Of a stretch of DNA of 64,000 nt, positions 48,301 to 56,446 are shown piece by piece. Source of the stretch: an uncultured candidate division WWE3 bacterium (GTDB lineage Bacteria; Patescibacteriota; WWE3; UBA101185; UBA10185); NCBI GenBank assembly GCA_938004185.1, contig CALKWN010000065.1, positions 315,111 to 379,110 of the forward strand, in the 5' to 3' direction. Made by a program: the position numbers and the translations under genes. The notes beneath the pieces were generated by a model that searched no databases, was not told the origin of the DNA, and saw only the letters and a list, made by a program, of their open reading frames with translations. How positions within the stretch are numbered: position 1 is the stretch's first letter; each line of letters opens with the position of its first letter.

Positions 48301-48398
48301 ACAACCATCTTATTTTTCGGAATATCCAGATTTATATCTTTGAGGTTATGCTGTCTGGCTCCTCTAATTATGATGTGGGAAAGAGACGTATTTTCCAT
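45390..48398 (-). CDS. uvrA: Excinuclease ABC subunit A
   Basis: Two ABC ATPase modules with zinc fingers. 1002 aa. Confidence 0.95.
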   Translation of the reverse strand: MENTSLSHIIIRGARQHNLKDINLDIPKNKMVVLTGVSGSGKSSLAMDTIYAEGQRRYVESLSAYARQFLGVMDKPDVDRIDGLSPAIAIDQKTTSKNPRSTVGTITEIYDYLRLLFARVGHPHCPECGREIQRQSSTEITQSIIKIASENKDFKSEKGVRFFIFSPIVKDRKGEYSSLFENLRKQGIIRARVDGNIMSLKEKFELIKTNKHSIDAMISRHSVNSKKTGDSPEAKQTFSELFQSVETALRLSNGTVILTIIKDKSFDFPENPQDTEDHLLSENFACPVCNISLPEIEPRTFSFNSPHGACPVCDGLGTQLRVNEDAVVNPRLSVAEGGILPWQRLFEHQTWTRNVVKKVAEVYKFSLDVPITDLSKEAKNILLYGVEGKRFRVTYKTQHGGEHSYDAAYEGVIPNLMRRHKETQSEYIRNEIEKYMINENCPLCGGSRLKKESLSVVIDSKNITEITSLSIKDTVEWVKKLETVLTEREHKIAGNILKEISYRLNFLKDVGLDYLTLSRSSSQLSGGEAQRIRLASQIGSGLSGVLYVLDEPSIGLHQKDQGKLIRTLHQLRDLGNTVLVVEHDSETMFKSDYIFDFGPGAGEEGGKVVAEGSPEEIMNNPNSLTGKYLSGKLVVGKNNKKDIFTDLEGGLREPKAINGKKLELKGASGRNLKKINVSVPLGKFICVTGVSGSGKSTLIMDTLYQGLRQNFGMKLEQKPEPFKSLEGAENLTNIIAIDQSPIGRTPKSNPATYTKVFDHIRDLFSKTQEAKIRGYSPGRFSFNVKGGRCEACGGEGQIKIEMQFMPDVYVNCEVCQGKRYNREALEIFYKGKNIADVLDMTVGEALSFFENIPQIRRRIETLYDVGLGYIKLGQPAPTLSGGEAQRVKLALELSKRATGSTFYILDEPTTGLHFADLENLIAIFKRLTSRGNTVVVIEHNLDVISNCDYVIDLGPDGGDAGGEVIFAGSLDELKDHKTSYTSEALRDYYKNLAGTGSSKKRN

Positions 48399-48440
48399 AA
48401 CCAGATGATTTTACGGGAAAAGTTCGGGTTTGTGAAGACC

Positions 48441-50663
48441 TCAATCATTCTCTACTTCATCTTTTTTATCGATGGAAGGACACAAACTCTTAGGAACATT
48501 AGAACCCTTCACAAACACCTCCGACCTACCACAACTCTCATCTGTTTTAACAAAAACACCCGAGGGGACTTCAAACAAATCCTTTTCCTTATCGAGCAAA
48601 ACTTCAGACATTATGCGGTTCCAAATAGGAGCGGCCCCGGTTAATCCTGAAGCCATGTACCTGTTCATGGGTGTGTTGTCATTATTTCCCACCCAAACTC
48701 CGACAACGTAGGAAGGGGTGTAACCCAACGTCCAATTGTCCTTTATTAAATTTGTCGTGCCTGTTTTAACTGCGACATTATGCCCGGGAATTGTTAAATA
48801 ATTTCTTGTTCCAAACGCCGGCAGTCTTGCGTTGGCATCAGATAAAATGTTTGAAATTATGTAAGAAACTTCTTCGGATATCACCTGTTTGGGATAAAGC
48901 TGTCTTTTGGAAAAAATTTCGTATCCCCTGCCGTCTCTGATTGATAATATATAGGACGGTTCGGCATAAGCTCCCTTTCTAGAAAGAGTCGCGTAAACAT
49001 TCGCTAAATCCAACAACCTTACCTCTTTGCCTCCTAAAGTTACAGCCAGACCGTAAGTTCCGTCCACCTCCCAATTTGTAAGACCCATGTCCTTACCGAG
49101 AGAAACTATGTTGTCCGGCCCGACCTCGTTGGCCACTTTAACCGCAGGTATATTGTAGGAATTTGCTAAAGCTGCTCTTAAAGTTACATTGCCGTGATAC
49201 CTACCATCGTAATTTACAGGTTTGTATGGATCGGATCCCGCAAAATTATACACAACCGGGGAATCGTTAATCATCGTAGCTGCCGTAAAATCACCGGCTA
49301 AAGCCAATGAATAAGTCACGGGCTTGATAGAAGAACCCGGTTGTCTTAACGAGGTAACAACATCAAAGGCTCCCCAGACCGGCGCAAAATAATTGGAAGA
49401 ACCAACATAAGCCAGTATTTCAGCGTTCTTAACATCCAAAACAACAGCTGCACCGTTTGAGAACCCATATACTGCCCCCTTTTGAACCTCATCAAAGACT
49501 ATTTCCTCTGCCTTTTGCTGTAAAGAATAATCAAGAGAAGTGGTAACTCTTAGCCCTCCCCTATTCACAAAATTGCTACCATACATATCTTCCAGTTTTT
49601 TTCTAACAAAATTAACAAAGTGGGGAGCTGCTATGTAGTCTTTTTGGGGAACGAAAATTATATTTTCGACATAAGCCTCCTCTGCCTGCTCTTTATCTAT
49701 GTAATTAAGCAAGATCATTCTATCTAAAACATACTTCTGTCTTTCTTTTGCAATTTCCAAATCATTAAGCGGGGAGTAACGTGATGGTGAGGATGGCAGT
49801 CCCGCTAACATGGAGCTTTCCGCCAAATCCAGCTCCCAGACATTTTTTCCGTAATATTTTTGAGCTGCCGATTGAACTCCCCAGGCGTTTCCTCCGTACG
49901 CGATGTTGTTTAGATACATTTCCAGAATTTCTTCTTTCGAATATTTTGCTTCAACCATCACGGACAAAACCGCCTCTTTAATTTTCCTAGAAAAAGTTCG
50001 CTCGGGAGTCAAAAGCACATTTTTTACAAGCTGCTGTGTGATAGTGGACCCACCCTGCTTGTCTCCATTTAGAAATGTTTTTCTGAATGCTCTTAGAATG
50101 CTATCGGGACGTAATCCTCCGTGAAGATAAAACAAAGAATCCTCGACCGCTATAGTTGCGTTTATCAAGTTATCGGGAATTTTGTTCAACTCGACAGGCT
50201 CATACTTTTTATCGGCGTATATTTCATAAAGTAAGACACCGTTCCTGTCCAAAATCTTTGTAGAACCGTATTTTTCCGCCATCACAAGCATATCGGGGCT
50301 CGGTAGTTCTCTAAACCAAGTGTGGACCATGTAAGGTATAAGAATTAAAACTACGGCAAATACTAGGCCTGCAACAAATAACCTAAATTCCTTTAAAAGA
50401 ATTTTTACTCTGCTTAAAAAATACAGCGGGATGTTTAAACAACTTTTTATGGCTTCGATAGGAAATGAAACATTAAGTCTCTTCTTAATTTTTTGCGGCT
50501 TATTTTTACGTCTCACCTTTCCCTTATTTATAAAGGCGTTTATCTTGCTGTTTAATTTTTTAGCCTGTCGGAATAGACCGTCGTAGATAGAAAGTATGAG
50601 GTAGCCGATTTTTTTAAGAAGTTTAATGAATAATTCCCAAATTTTGATTGGAATATTTAGCAT
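48441..50663 (-). CDS. Class A penicillin-binding protein (GT51 transglycosylase + transpeptidase)
   Basis: N-terminal TM. GT51 motifs (ATIAVEDSLFYLHGG, GGSTITQQLVKN). Transpeptidase SxxK/SxN/KTG. Confidence 0.9.
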   Translation of the reverse strand: MLNIPIKIWELFIKLLKKIGYLILSIYDGLFRQAKKLNSKINAFINKGKVRRKNKPQKIKKRLNVSFPIEAIKSCLNIPLYFLSRVKILLKEFRLFVAGLVFAVVLILIPYMVHTWFRELPSPDMLVMAEKYGSTKILDRNGVLLYEIYADKKYEPVELNKIPDNLINATIAVEDSLFYLHGGLRPDSILRAFRKTFLNGDKQGGSTITQQLVKNVLLTPERTFSRKIKEAVLSVMVEAKYSKEEILEMYLNNIAYGGNAWGVQSAAQKYYGKNVWELDLAESSMLAGLPSSPSRYSPLNDLEIAKERQKYVLDRMILLNYIDKEQAEEAYVENIIFVPQKDYIAAPHFVNFVRKKLEDMYGSNFVNRGGLRVTTSLDYSLQQKAEEIVFDEVQKGAVYGFSNGAAVVLDVKNAEILAYVGSSNYFAPVWGAFDVVTSLRQPGSSIKPVTYSLALAGDFTAATMINDSPVVYNFAGSDPYKPVNYDGRYHGNVTLRAALANSYNIPAVKVANEVGPDNIVSLGKDMGLTNWEVDGTYGLAVTLGGKEVRLLDLANVYATLSRKGAYAEPSYILSIRDGRGYEIFSKRQLYPKQVISEEVSYIISNILSDANARLPAFGTRNYLTIPGHNVAVKTGTTNLIKDNWTLGYTPSYVVGVWVGNNDNTPMNRYMASGLTGAAPIWNRIMSEVLLDKEKDLFEVPSGVFVKTDESCGRSEVFVKGSNVPKSLCPSIDKKDEVEND

Positions 50664-50713
50664 CTATTTAATCGGATTTTAATTTAAGGTTGGGGGTAGG
50701 TCAATGAATATTT

Positions 50714-52711
50714 CTAGTTAAGCATCTTTTTCATCTCTCTTACTCTATCGCGTAAAACGGCAGCTCTTTCAAAATTCAGCATTTCAGCTTCGTATAACAT
50801 TTCCTTTTCAATATTTTTAATTTCCCTGCTAAGTTCTTTGGGAGGCAACTGTCTGTAATCAACTTCTTTTCCTAAAGATTTCCCGCTTTTCTTACTCTGA
50901 AGTGTTTCTTCAAGTTCTTGGTCAATGAGTTTTTCGCGTATAGGTTTGGATATTTTTTGAGGTTTAACATTATTTTTTTCGTTGTATTCCAATTGTATTT
51001 GACGCCTTCTCTCAACCTCATGTATGGCTCTTTTCATGCTGCCGGTCATATTATCCGCATACATCAATACTTCACCGGATATGTGACGCGCCGCTCTCCC
51101 CATTGTCTGAATAAGCGAAGTTTCCGACCTTAAAAATCCTTCTTTATCTGCGTCCAGAATAGCAACCAAAGACACTTCGGGTAAATCTAAACCCTCTCTT
51201 AACAAGTTGATCCCCACCAAAACGTCGTATTTACCGTTACGCAGGTTATCCAAAATGTCGGTTCTCTCCAAAGTATGTACATCTGAATGCAGGTAGGTGA
51301 CTTTTATCCCTTTTTCAAGCAAATATTCCGACATTTCCTCTGCCATTCTTTTCGTCAATGTGGTTACTAAAACTCTTTCTTTTCTCTCGATCCTATCTTT
51401 AACTTTTTCAAGTAAATCCTCGATCTGATTTTTTGTCGGCAGAACGGTCACTTTCGGATCCACAATTCCGGTTGGACGTATAAGTATTTCTGCGGAAGTG
51501 CCGTCCGATCTATCCAGCTCCCATTGGTCGGGGGTGGCGCTTACATAAATTGTCTGATTAACCCTTTCTAAAAATTCGTCGAAATTAAGAGGTCTGTTAT
51601 CCATAGCGGAAGGGAGTCTGAAACCGTAATCCACTAAGACCTGCTTTCTTGATCTGTCTCCGTTGTACATTCCCCTGATTTGAGGAACAGTTATGTGAGA
51701 TTCGTCTATGATTAATAAATAATCCTTGGGAAAATATTCCAGTAAGGCGTGGGGGGCATCTCCCGGGTTTCTTCCGTCAAAATATCTCGAATAGTTTTCT
51801 ATTCCTTTGCAGTAGCCTAACTCTTTTATCATCTCAAGATCATAATTGGTTCTTTGCTCTAATCTGTAAGCTTCTAGTTGTTTTCCGGTTTTTTTCAACT
51901 CTTTAAGACGTATTTCGAGGTCGGTTTCTATTTGCTTCAAAGCAACCTGACGGGTTTCTTCGGGAGCTACGTAGTGTTTCGCAGGATAAACTACGGCTAG
52001 ATCCGAGTAAGGCTTGGTTATGTAATTTCCGGTAAGGGGTTCAAAAAAATTCATATCAACTAAAACATCATCCGATATTTCCAGTCTCAACCCTTCGTCC
52101 TCGTAAGCCAGATACACATCAATAACATCTCCGGTTACTCTGAAGGTTCCTCTATGAAAATCATATTCTGAACGCTCGTAGTAAATCTGAGATAATCTTT
52201 TTAAAAGGTCGGATTTTCGAATTTTCATACCCGTCCTAAGCTCCAGGGCAACTTTTGAATATTCTGCCGGACTTCCTAGGTTGTATATGCAGGAAACCGA
52301 TGATACAACTATGACGTCCTTTCTAGTCATTAAAGATGTTGTGGCTGAAAGTCTTAACTTATCGATCTTTTCGTTAATCGCGGAATCTTTTTCAATGTAA
52401 GTATCGGTTGAGGGTATATAACTTTCGGGCTGGTAATAATCGTAATAGCTCACAAAATACTCAACCGCATTTTCGGGAAAAAAGTCCCTGAATTCCTGAT
52501 ACAGCTGTGCCGCCAACGTTTTATTGTGAGAAATTACTAAAGTAGGCTTTTGTACTTTTTCAATAACGTTCGCAACAGCAAATGTTTTTCCGCTTCCTGT
52601 CACGCCCAACAGAACCTGATCTTTTTTTCCAGATTCCAGTCCTAAAGTTAATTTATTGATAGCGTCAGGCTGATCACCCGTCGGTTTAAATGGAGAAACA
52701 AGCTTAAACAT
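50714..52711 (-). CDS. uvrB: Excinuclease ABC subunit B
   Basis: FKLVSPFKPTGDQP N-terminus, helicase motifs, C-terminal UVR domain. The ORF track start (GTG at 52729) is 6 codons upstream of the ATG chosen here. Confidence 0.92.
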   Translation of the reverse strand: MFKLVSPFKPTGDQPDAINKLTLGLESGKKDQVLLGVTGSGKTFAVANVIEKVQKPTLVISHNKTLAAQLYQEFRDFFPENAVEYFVSYYDYYQPESYIPSTDTYIEKDSAINEKIDKLRLSATTSLMTRKDVIVVSSVSCIYNLGSPAEYSKVALELRTGMKIRKSDLLKRLSQIYYERSEYDFHRGTFRVTGDVIDVYLAYEDEGLRLEISDDVLVDMNFFEPLTGNYITKPYSDLAVVYPAKHYVAPEETRQVALKQIETDLEIRLKELKKTGKQLEAYRLEQRTNYDLEMIKELGYCKGIENYSRYFDGRNPGDAPHALLEYFPKDYLLIIDESHITVPQIRGMYNGDRSRKQVLVDYGFRLPSAMDNRPLNFDEFLERVNQTIYVSATPDQWELDRSDGTSAEILIRPTGIVDPKVTVLPTKNQIEDLLEKVKDRIERKERVLVTTLTKRMAEEMSEYLLEKGIKVTYLHSDVHTLERTDILDNLRNGKYDVLVGINLLREGLDLPEVSLVAILDADKEGFLRSETSLIQTMGRAARHISGEVLMYADNMTGSMKRAIHEVERRRQIQLEYNEKNNVKPQKISKPIREKLIDQELEETLQSKKSGKSLGKEVDYRQLPPKELSREIKNIEKEMLYEAEMLNFERAAVLRDRVREMKKMLN

Positions 52712-52755
52712 CAAAAATGATTTTAACACAATTTTGGGTTTTGTTTGGATAATAG

Positions 52756-52783
52756 TTGCATTAATTTTTTAATTGAATATAAT
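52756..52783 (+). promoter_or_regulatory. Sigma70-like promoter (TTGCAT -16- TATAAT) reading into the uvrB-lexA intergenic RNA
   Basis: Near-consensus hexamers. Divergent from uvrB. Confidence 0.4.
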
Positions 52784-52788
52784 TTGTG

Positions 52789-53087
52789 CTGATCCCGAAA
52801 GGGGAGACGGAGATTTCGCCGAAAGGCGACATAGCGGGGAAAAAATAAACCCCAAGTTGCATGAGACGGGAATGTTCTTGACGCAGGATATGTTTAACAA
52901 AGCGCATTAAAAATTTGTGCTTCCAACTATCCTCTGAGCAGCGCGTCAGGATTTCCTTCATGCTTTTGAAACTAAATACATCTGCCGGGTTAAACCCTCC
53001 TTTTTATTGTGAAACAGATCGGCGACCCCACCCAACCCGGCGACAAGAATGCCGTGATTCCTAAATAGTCTCACGGCATTTTTCCTT
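52789..53087 (+). ncRNA. Candidate ~300-nt structured non-coding RNA (unclassified) between uvrB and lexA
   Basis: Segment is GC-richer than the surrounding intergenic DNA. Consecutive GNRA hairpins (UCCC-GAAA-GGGA, UCGCC-GAAA-GGCGA), GGGG-N10-CCCC, an 8-bp GCCGGGUU/AACCCGGC pairing, and a 3' intrinsic terminator. No convincing ORF with an RBS. Confidence 0.4.
53049..53087 (+). terminator. Intrinsic terminator (AUGCCGUGA...UCACGGCAU + U5) just upstream of the lexA promoter
   Basis: 9-bp perfect stem, 13-nt loop, UUUUUCCUU tail. Confidence 0.6.
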
Positions 53088-53088
53088 A

Positions 53089-53136
53089 TTGACATCTTCG
53101 TATAATATTCGGTAGTATGAACATGGTTAAAAACCA
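53089..53136 (+). promoter_or_regulatory. lexA promoter (TTGACA -18- TAGTAT) followed by a perfect 13-bp palindrome TGGTTAAAAACCA (candidate operator)
   Basis: Hexamers at 53089-53094 and 53113-53118. Palindrome at 53124-53136 near the predicted +1. Confidence 0.35.
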
Positions 53137-53175
53137 AAGAAAAACCGTAAATAATTATAAGGAGATTTCTTTATT

Positions 53176-53811
53176 ATGAGCCCCGTAACCCTATACAAAA
53201 GGCAAAAACAAATTTTAGATTTTATTTCACAATATATTCAAGTAAACGGGCATTCTCCAACTCTTCAGGAAATTGCGGACTCCATGAATCTTTCCTCGCT
53301 TGCTACGGTACACGAACATATCCAGGCTCTCGAAAAGAAAGGTTTAATAAAGAAATATGAAGGTTCTGTAAGAGGCATAGAAATTCTGGATAAATCCTTT
53401 AACTCATCTTTAATGGCTGTCGAACTTCCTCTCGTAGGTTACATCGCTGCCGGTGAGCCTATAGAAGCTATAGAAAATTCTCTTGCTACAGTAACTGTCA
53501 GCGCAGACATAGTTTCAAAAACCAAAAGATGTTTTGTTTTACAGGTAAAAGGTGACTCGATGATAGATATGGGAATTTTCGACGGCGACCACGTTGTAAT
53601 ACAACAGCAAAATACAGCGAGAGATGGTCAGATAGTAGTCGCCCTAATAGATAACGAATTTGCGACATTAAAATCAATATTCCATGAGAAAAACGGTAAG
53701 ATAAGACTCCAACCGGCAAACACTAAAATGGATCCTATATTTGTAGATCCCGCAAGCCTTAGTATCCAGGGAGTTGTCACCGGAGTAATTAGAAGATTCC
53801 AAAACAACTAA
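53176..53811 (+). CDS. lexA: LexA repressor
   Basis: N-terminal wHTH, AAG cleavage site (VGYIAAGEP), S24 peptidase Ser/Lys (GDSM..., K in LKS). GGAG RBS. Confidence 0.9.
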   Translation: MSPVTLYKRQKQILDFISQYIQVNGHSPTLQEIADSMNLSSLATVHEHIQALEKKGLIKKYEGSVRGIEILDKSFNSSLMAVELPLVGYIAAGEPIEAIENSLATVTVSADIVSKTKRCFVLQVKGDSMIDMGIFDGDHVVIQQQNTARDGQIVVALIDNEFATLKSIFHEKNGKIRLQPANTKMDPIFVDPASLSIQGVVTGVIRRFQNN

Positions 53812-53832
53812 ATATCGGTGTCCATTCAAAAA

Positions 53833-54486
53833 TTATTCTGTCTTTGGCTTTGCTGAATTTCTTCTGCTCTTAATAAATTCAAAAATCATCGGCAAAACAG
53901 ATATAAAGATTATCGTTATAACTACCAGAGAAAAGTTGTCTTTCACAAAAGGTATATTTCCGAAAAAATATCCTGCGAATATAAACAAAGACACCCAAAC
54001 AAAACCCCCGACAATATTGTAGGTCATGAAATATTTGTATTTCATACCCCCGATACCCGCGACAAAAGGAGCAAACGTTCTGACTATGGGAACAAATCGT
54101 GCCAAAAATATTGTTTTACCCCCGTGTTTATTATAAAAAGCCTGAGTTTTCTCGATATGTTCTTTTTTTATAGGGACTCTTGGATTGCTAATAAGTTTCT
54201 GCCCAAAAAAATGCCCTATCCAGTAATTTGCCGTGTCTCCGAGAAAAGCGGCAAACCACAAAAGAAAAAACAGCAAAACTACATTAAAAGCACCCAGCGA
54301 AGCAAAAGCTCCGGCTGCAAACAAAAGAGAATCTCCCGGCAAAAAAGGGGTAAAAACAAAACCGGTTTCCATAAATACAATAAAAAAAAGTATAAGATAA
54401 GACGCCGTACCGTATTGGCTTATAATCTCACCCAAATGAGTATCTATGTGAAGTATAAAAGAAACGATTCCCATGATTAAATCCAT
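53833..54486 (-). CDS. DedA/VTT-family membrane protein
   Basis: Conserved DedA motif (F.PG.S..FAAGAFAS.., GK..FLARFVP..R). Confidence 0.8.
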   Translation of the reverse strand: MDLIMGIVSFILHIDTHLGEIISQYGTASYLILFFIVFMETGFVFTPFLPGDSLLFAAGAFASLGAFNVVLLFFLLWFAAFLGDTANYWIGHFFGQKLISNPRVPIKKEHIEKTQAFYNKHGGKTIFLARFVPIVRTFAPFVAGIGGMKYKYFMTYNIVGGFVWVSLFIFAGYFFGNIPFVKDNFSLVVITIIFISVLPMIFEFIKSRRNSAKPKTE

Positions 54487-54514
54487 TCCAAGATGATAGC
54501 ATTTATGATAGGAT

Positions 54515-55219
54515 TTGAAAATGATAGACGGTACTCTGCTCGACCAGTACTACGCCAAATACGGCAAAGAAAACGTTGAAAAAGCCTTAGAATATTTAAG
54601 CTATAAAACCGCCGGAACTCTCCCCAAAAATGAAATTGAAGGAAAGCCAATTTTATATATTTTCAGACATGGACAAACTGAAGATAACGCGAATTTTGTA
54701 TTCAGCGGATGGCGTGATTCGCCGATTACCGAAAAAGGTAAAAAACAAGCATTGGAATTAGCAGAAAAAATAAAGGACAAAGATATCGGCATGTTAATCT
54801 CGTCACCTCAAATAAGAGCTGTGGAGACAATGAGAATCGCGTGCTCTTTAAATGAAAAGGCCTCAAAACTAAAAATCGAAACCGAAGAAAGAATAAAAGA
54901 AAGATCATACGGAATATTGCAAGGGAAAAGTAAACTTGAAATCCAGCTCGAAGACCCCGAACTATTGTTAAAAATAAGAAGATCTTTTGATTACCGACCT
55001 GAAAACGGTGAAAGTATAGAGATGGTTTGTAAACGCGTTGCCGAATTTTGCGAAGAAATAGTGCCCCTTATGAAAAAACATAAAATTAATGTTGCTGTTT
55101 CGTGTCACGGAAATTCCATCAGAGGTTTCAGAAGATTTTTTGAAAATTTATCAGACGAAGAAACTGCAACTGTAGAAACACCCCTCGCAAAAGATTACGC
55201 AGCCTACTCTATTGATTGA
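54515..55219 (+). CDS. Histidine phosphatase superfamily (phosphoglycerate-mutase-like) protein
   Basis: RHGQTEDN catalytic motif. C-terminal H in CHGNSIRG. Confidence 0.75.
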   Translation: MKMIDGTLLDQYYAKYGKENVEKALEYLSYKTAGTLPKNEIEGKPILYIFRHGQTEDNANFVFSGWRDSPITEKGKKQALELAEKIKDKDIGMLISSPQIRAVETMRIACSLNEKASKLKIETEERIKERSYGILQGKSKLEIQLEDPELLLKIRRSFDYRPENGESIEMVCKRVAEFCEEIVPLMKKHKINVAVSCHGNSIRGFRRFFENLSDEETATVETPLAKDYAAYSID

Positions 55220-56445
55220 TTCTTTTCATTAAATATTTGTAAAAGACGGTTGTACTTAACCACGCGCTCCCCACGAACAGGTGCGCCGGATTTCATAAAC
55301 TCCGCTCTAACCGCCAACGCAAGGTCAGCTATAAAAGTGTCTTCGCCGGTCTCACCGCTTCTGTGTGATACACAAATCTTCATGCCTGCTTTTTGGGCGG
55401 AATGTACAAACTCAAATGTTTCTGACAGAGTTCCAACCTGATTAGGTTTAACAATTACAGCGTTTGCCAGCTTTTTCTCTATCGCCACACGTAAAAACTT
55501 TGGATTGGTAACAACTAAATCATCGCCGACAACCATAAGCTTTTTTCCTGCGATACCGCTGAAATGCTCCCACGCTTCGTGGTCGTCCTCGTAAAAAGGA
55601 TCTTCAAGATAAATAATCGGGTATTTAGTTAAAATATCGTTATAAAAAGCTGAGAGCTCTCCGCTGTCGTAAGATTTCCCTTCTTCTTTTATCTGGTACC
55701 CGCTTTTTGTATAAAACGATCCGGCGGCTACATCCATACCCATAAAAACCTGCTCTCCCGGCTTAAATTCAGAAGAGGCAGCTTTAGAAATGTAATCTAA
55801 GGCTTTAACAACTGTAAGGCCGTTGGGGGCAAAACCTCCCTCATCACCCACATCAGTATCTAAACCGTCTTTAATTAAGATATCTTTTAGAGAGTGGTAA
55901 ATTTTTGTTCCCATTTCAAGTGCTTCGTTAAAGGGCACCGACGGAGACGGAATAACCATAAACTCCTGAAAAGACAGGTTATTGTGTGAGTGTAAACCTC
56001 CGTTTAGGATATTAAACACAGGAACGGGAAAACTTAACTCCGGTTGTCTTTCCTTACCGTGCCAATAAAGCGAACCCAAATACTCATATAGCTCCATCCC
56101 TAGCGACTCTGCTGAAGCTTTTGCGGCTGCGAGTGATACAGATAAAATACTGTTTCCGCCCAAATGACTTTTGTTCTCGGTTCCGTCCATTTCAAGCAAA
56201 ACACGATCAATCACAAACTGCTCTGTCGGGTCTTCCCCTTCCAAAACATCGCTTATTGCCGTATTTACAATATCAACTGCCCTTTCGGCCGGAATGTCGA
56301 TAGCTTCATTTTCACCTTTTGAAGCACCGCTGGGTATTGCCTGAATTCCCTCAGAACCGTCATCGAGGGTGACTTTTGTTTCTATTGTCCAGTCTCCCCT
56401 GGAGTTGAGAATTTTATGGCAGGTTATGCTTTTAATTTTCGGCAT
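55204..56445 (-). CDS. eno: Enolase
   Basis: Conserved enolase N-terminus and SHRSGETED motif. Start taken at the MPKIKSI ATG, which abuts the upstream stop. Confidence 0.92.
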   Translation of the reverse strand: MPKIKSITCHKILNSRGDWTIETKVTLDDGSEGIQAIPSGASKGENEAIDIPAERAVDIVNTAISDVLEGEDPTEQFVIDRVLLEMDGTENKSHLGGNSILSVSLAAAKASAESLGMELYEYLGSLYWHGKERQPELSFPVPVFNILNGGLHSHNNLSFQEFMVIPSPSVPFNEALEMGTKIYHSLKDILIKDGLDTDVGDEGGFAPNGLTVVKALDYISKAASSEFKPGEQVFMGMDVAAGSFYTKSGYQIKEEGKSYDSGELSAFYNDILTKYPIIYLEDPFYEDDHEAWEHFSGIAGKKLMVVGDDLVVTNPKFLRVAIEKKLANAVIVKPNQVGTLSETFEFVHSAQKAGMKICVSHRSGETGEDTFIADLALAVRAEFMKSGAPVRGERVVKYNRLLQIFNEKNQSIE

Positions 56446-56446
56446 T

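Noticed and set aside
52761-52961. 66-aa minus-strand ORF in the uvrB-lexA intergenic region
   Set aside because: No RBS. It lies wholly inside the GC-rich structured segment bounded by a plus-strand promoter and terminator, so it is more plausibly RNA.
52789-53087. tmRNA or RNase P RNA identity for the intergenic structured RNA
   Set aside because: No tRNA-like T-arm (GGUUCGA) or 3' CCA, so not tmRNA. The GGGGAGACGG and ACAGA..AACCCGGC resemblances to RNase P do not occur in the canonical P4 order. This is left as an unclassified candidate rather than a named RNA.
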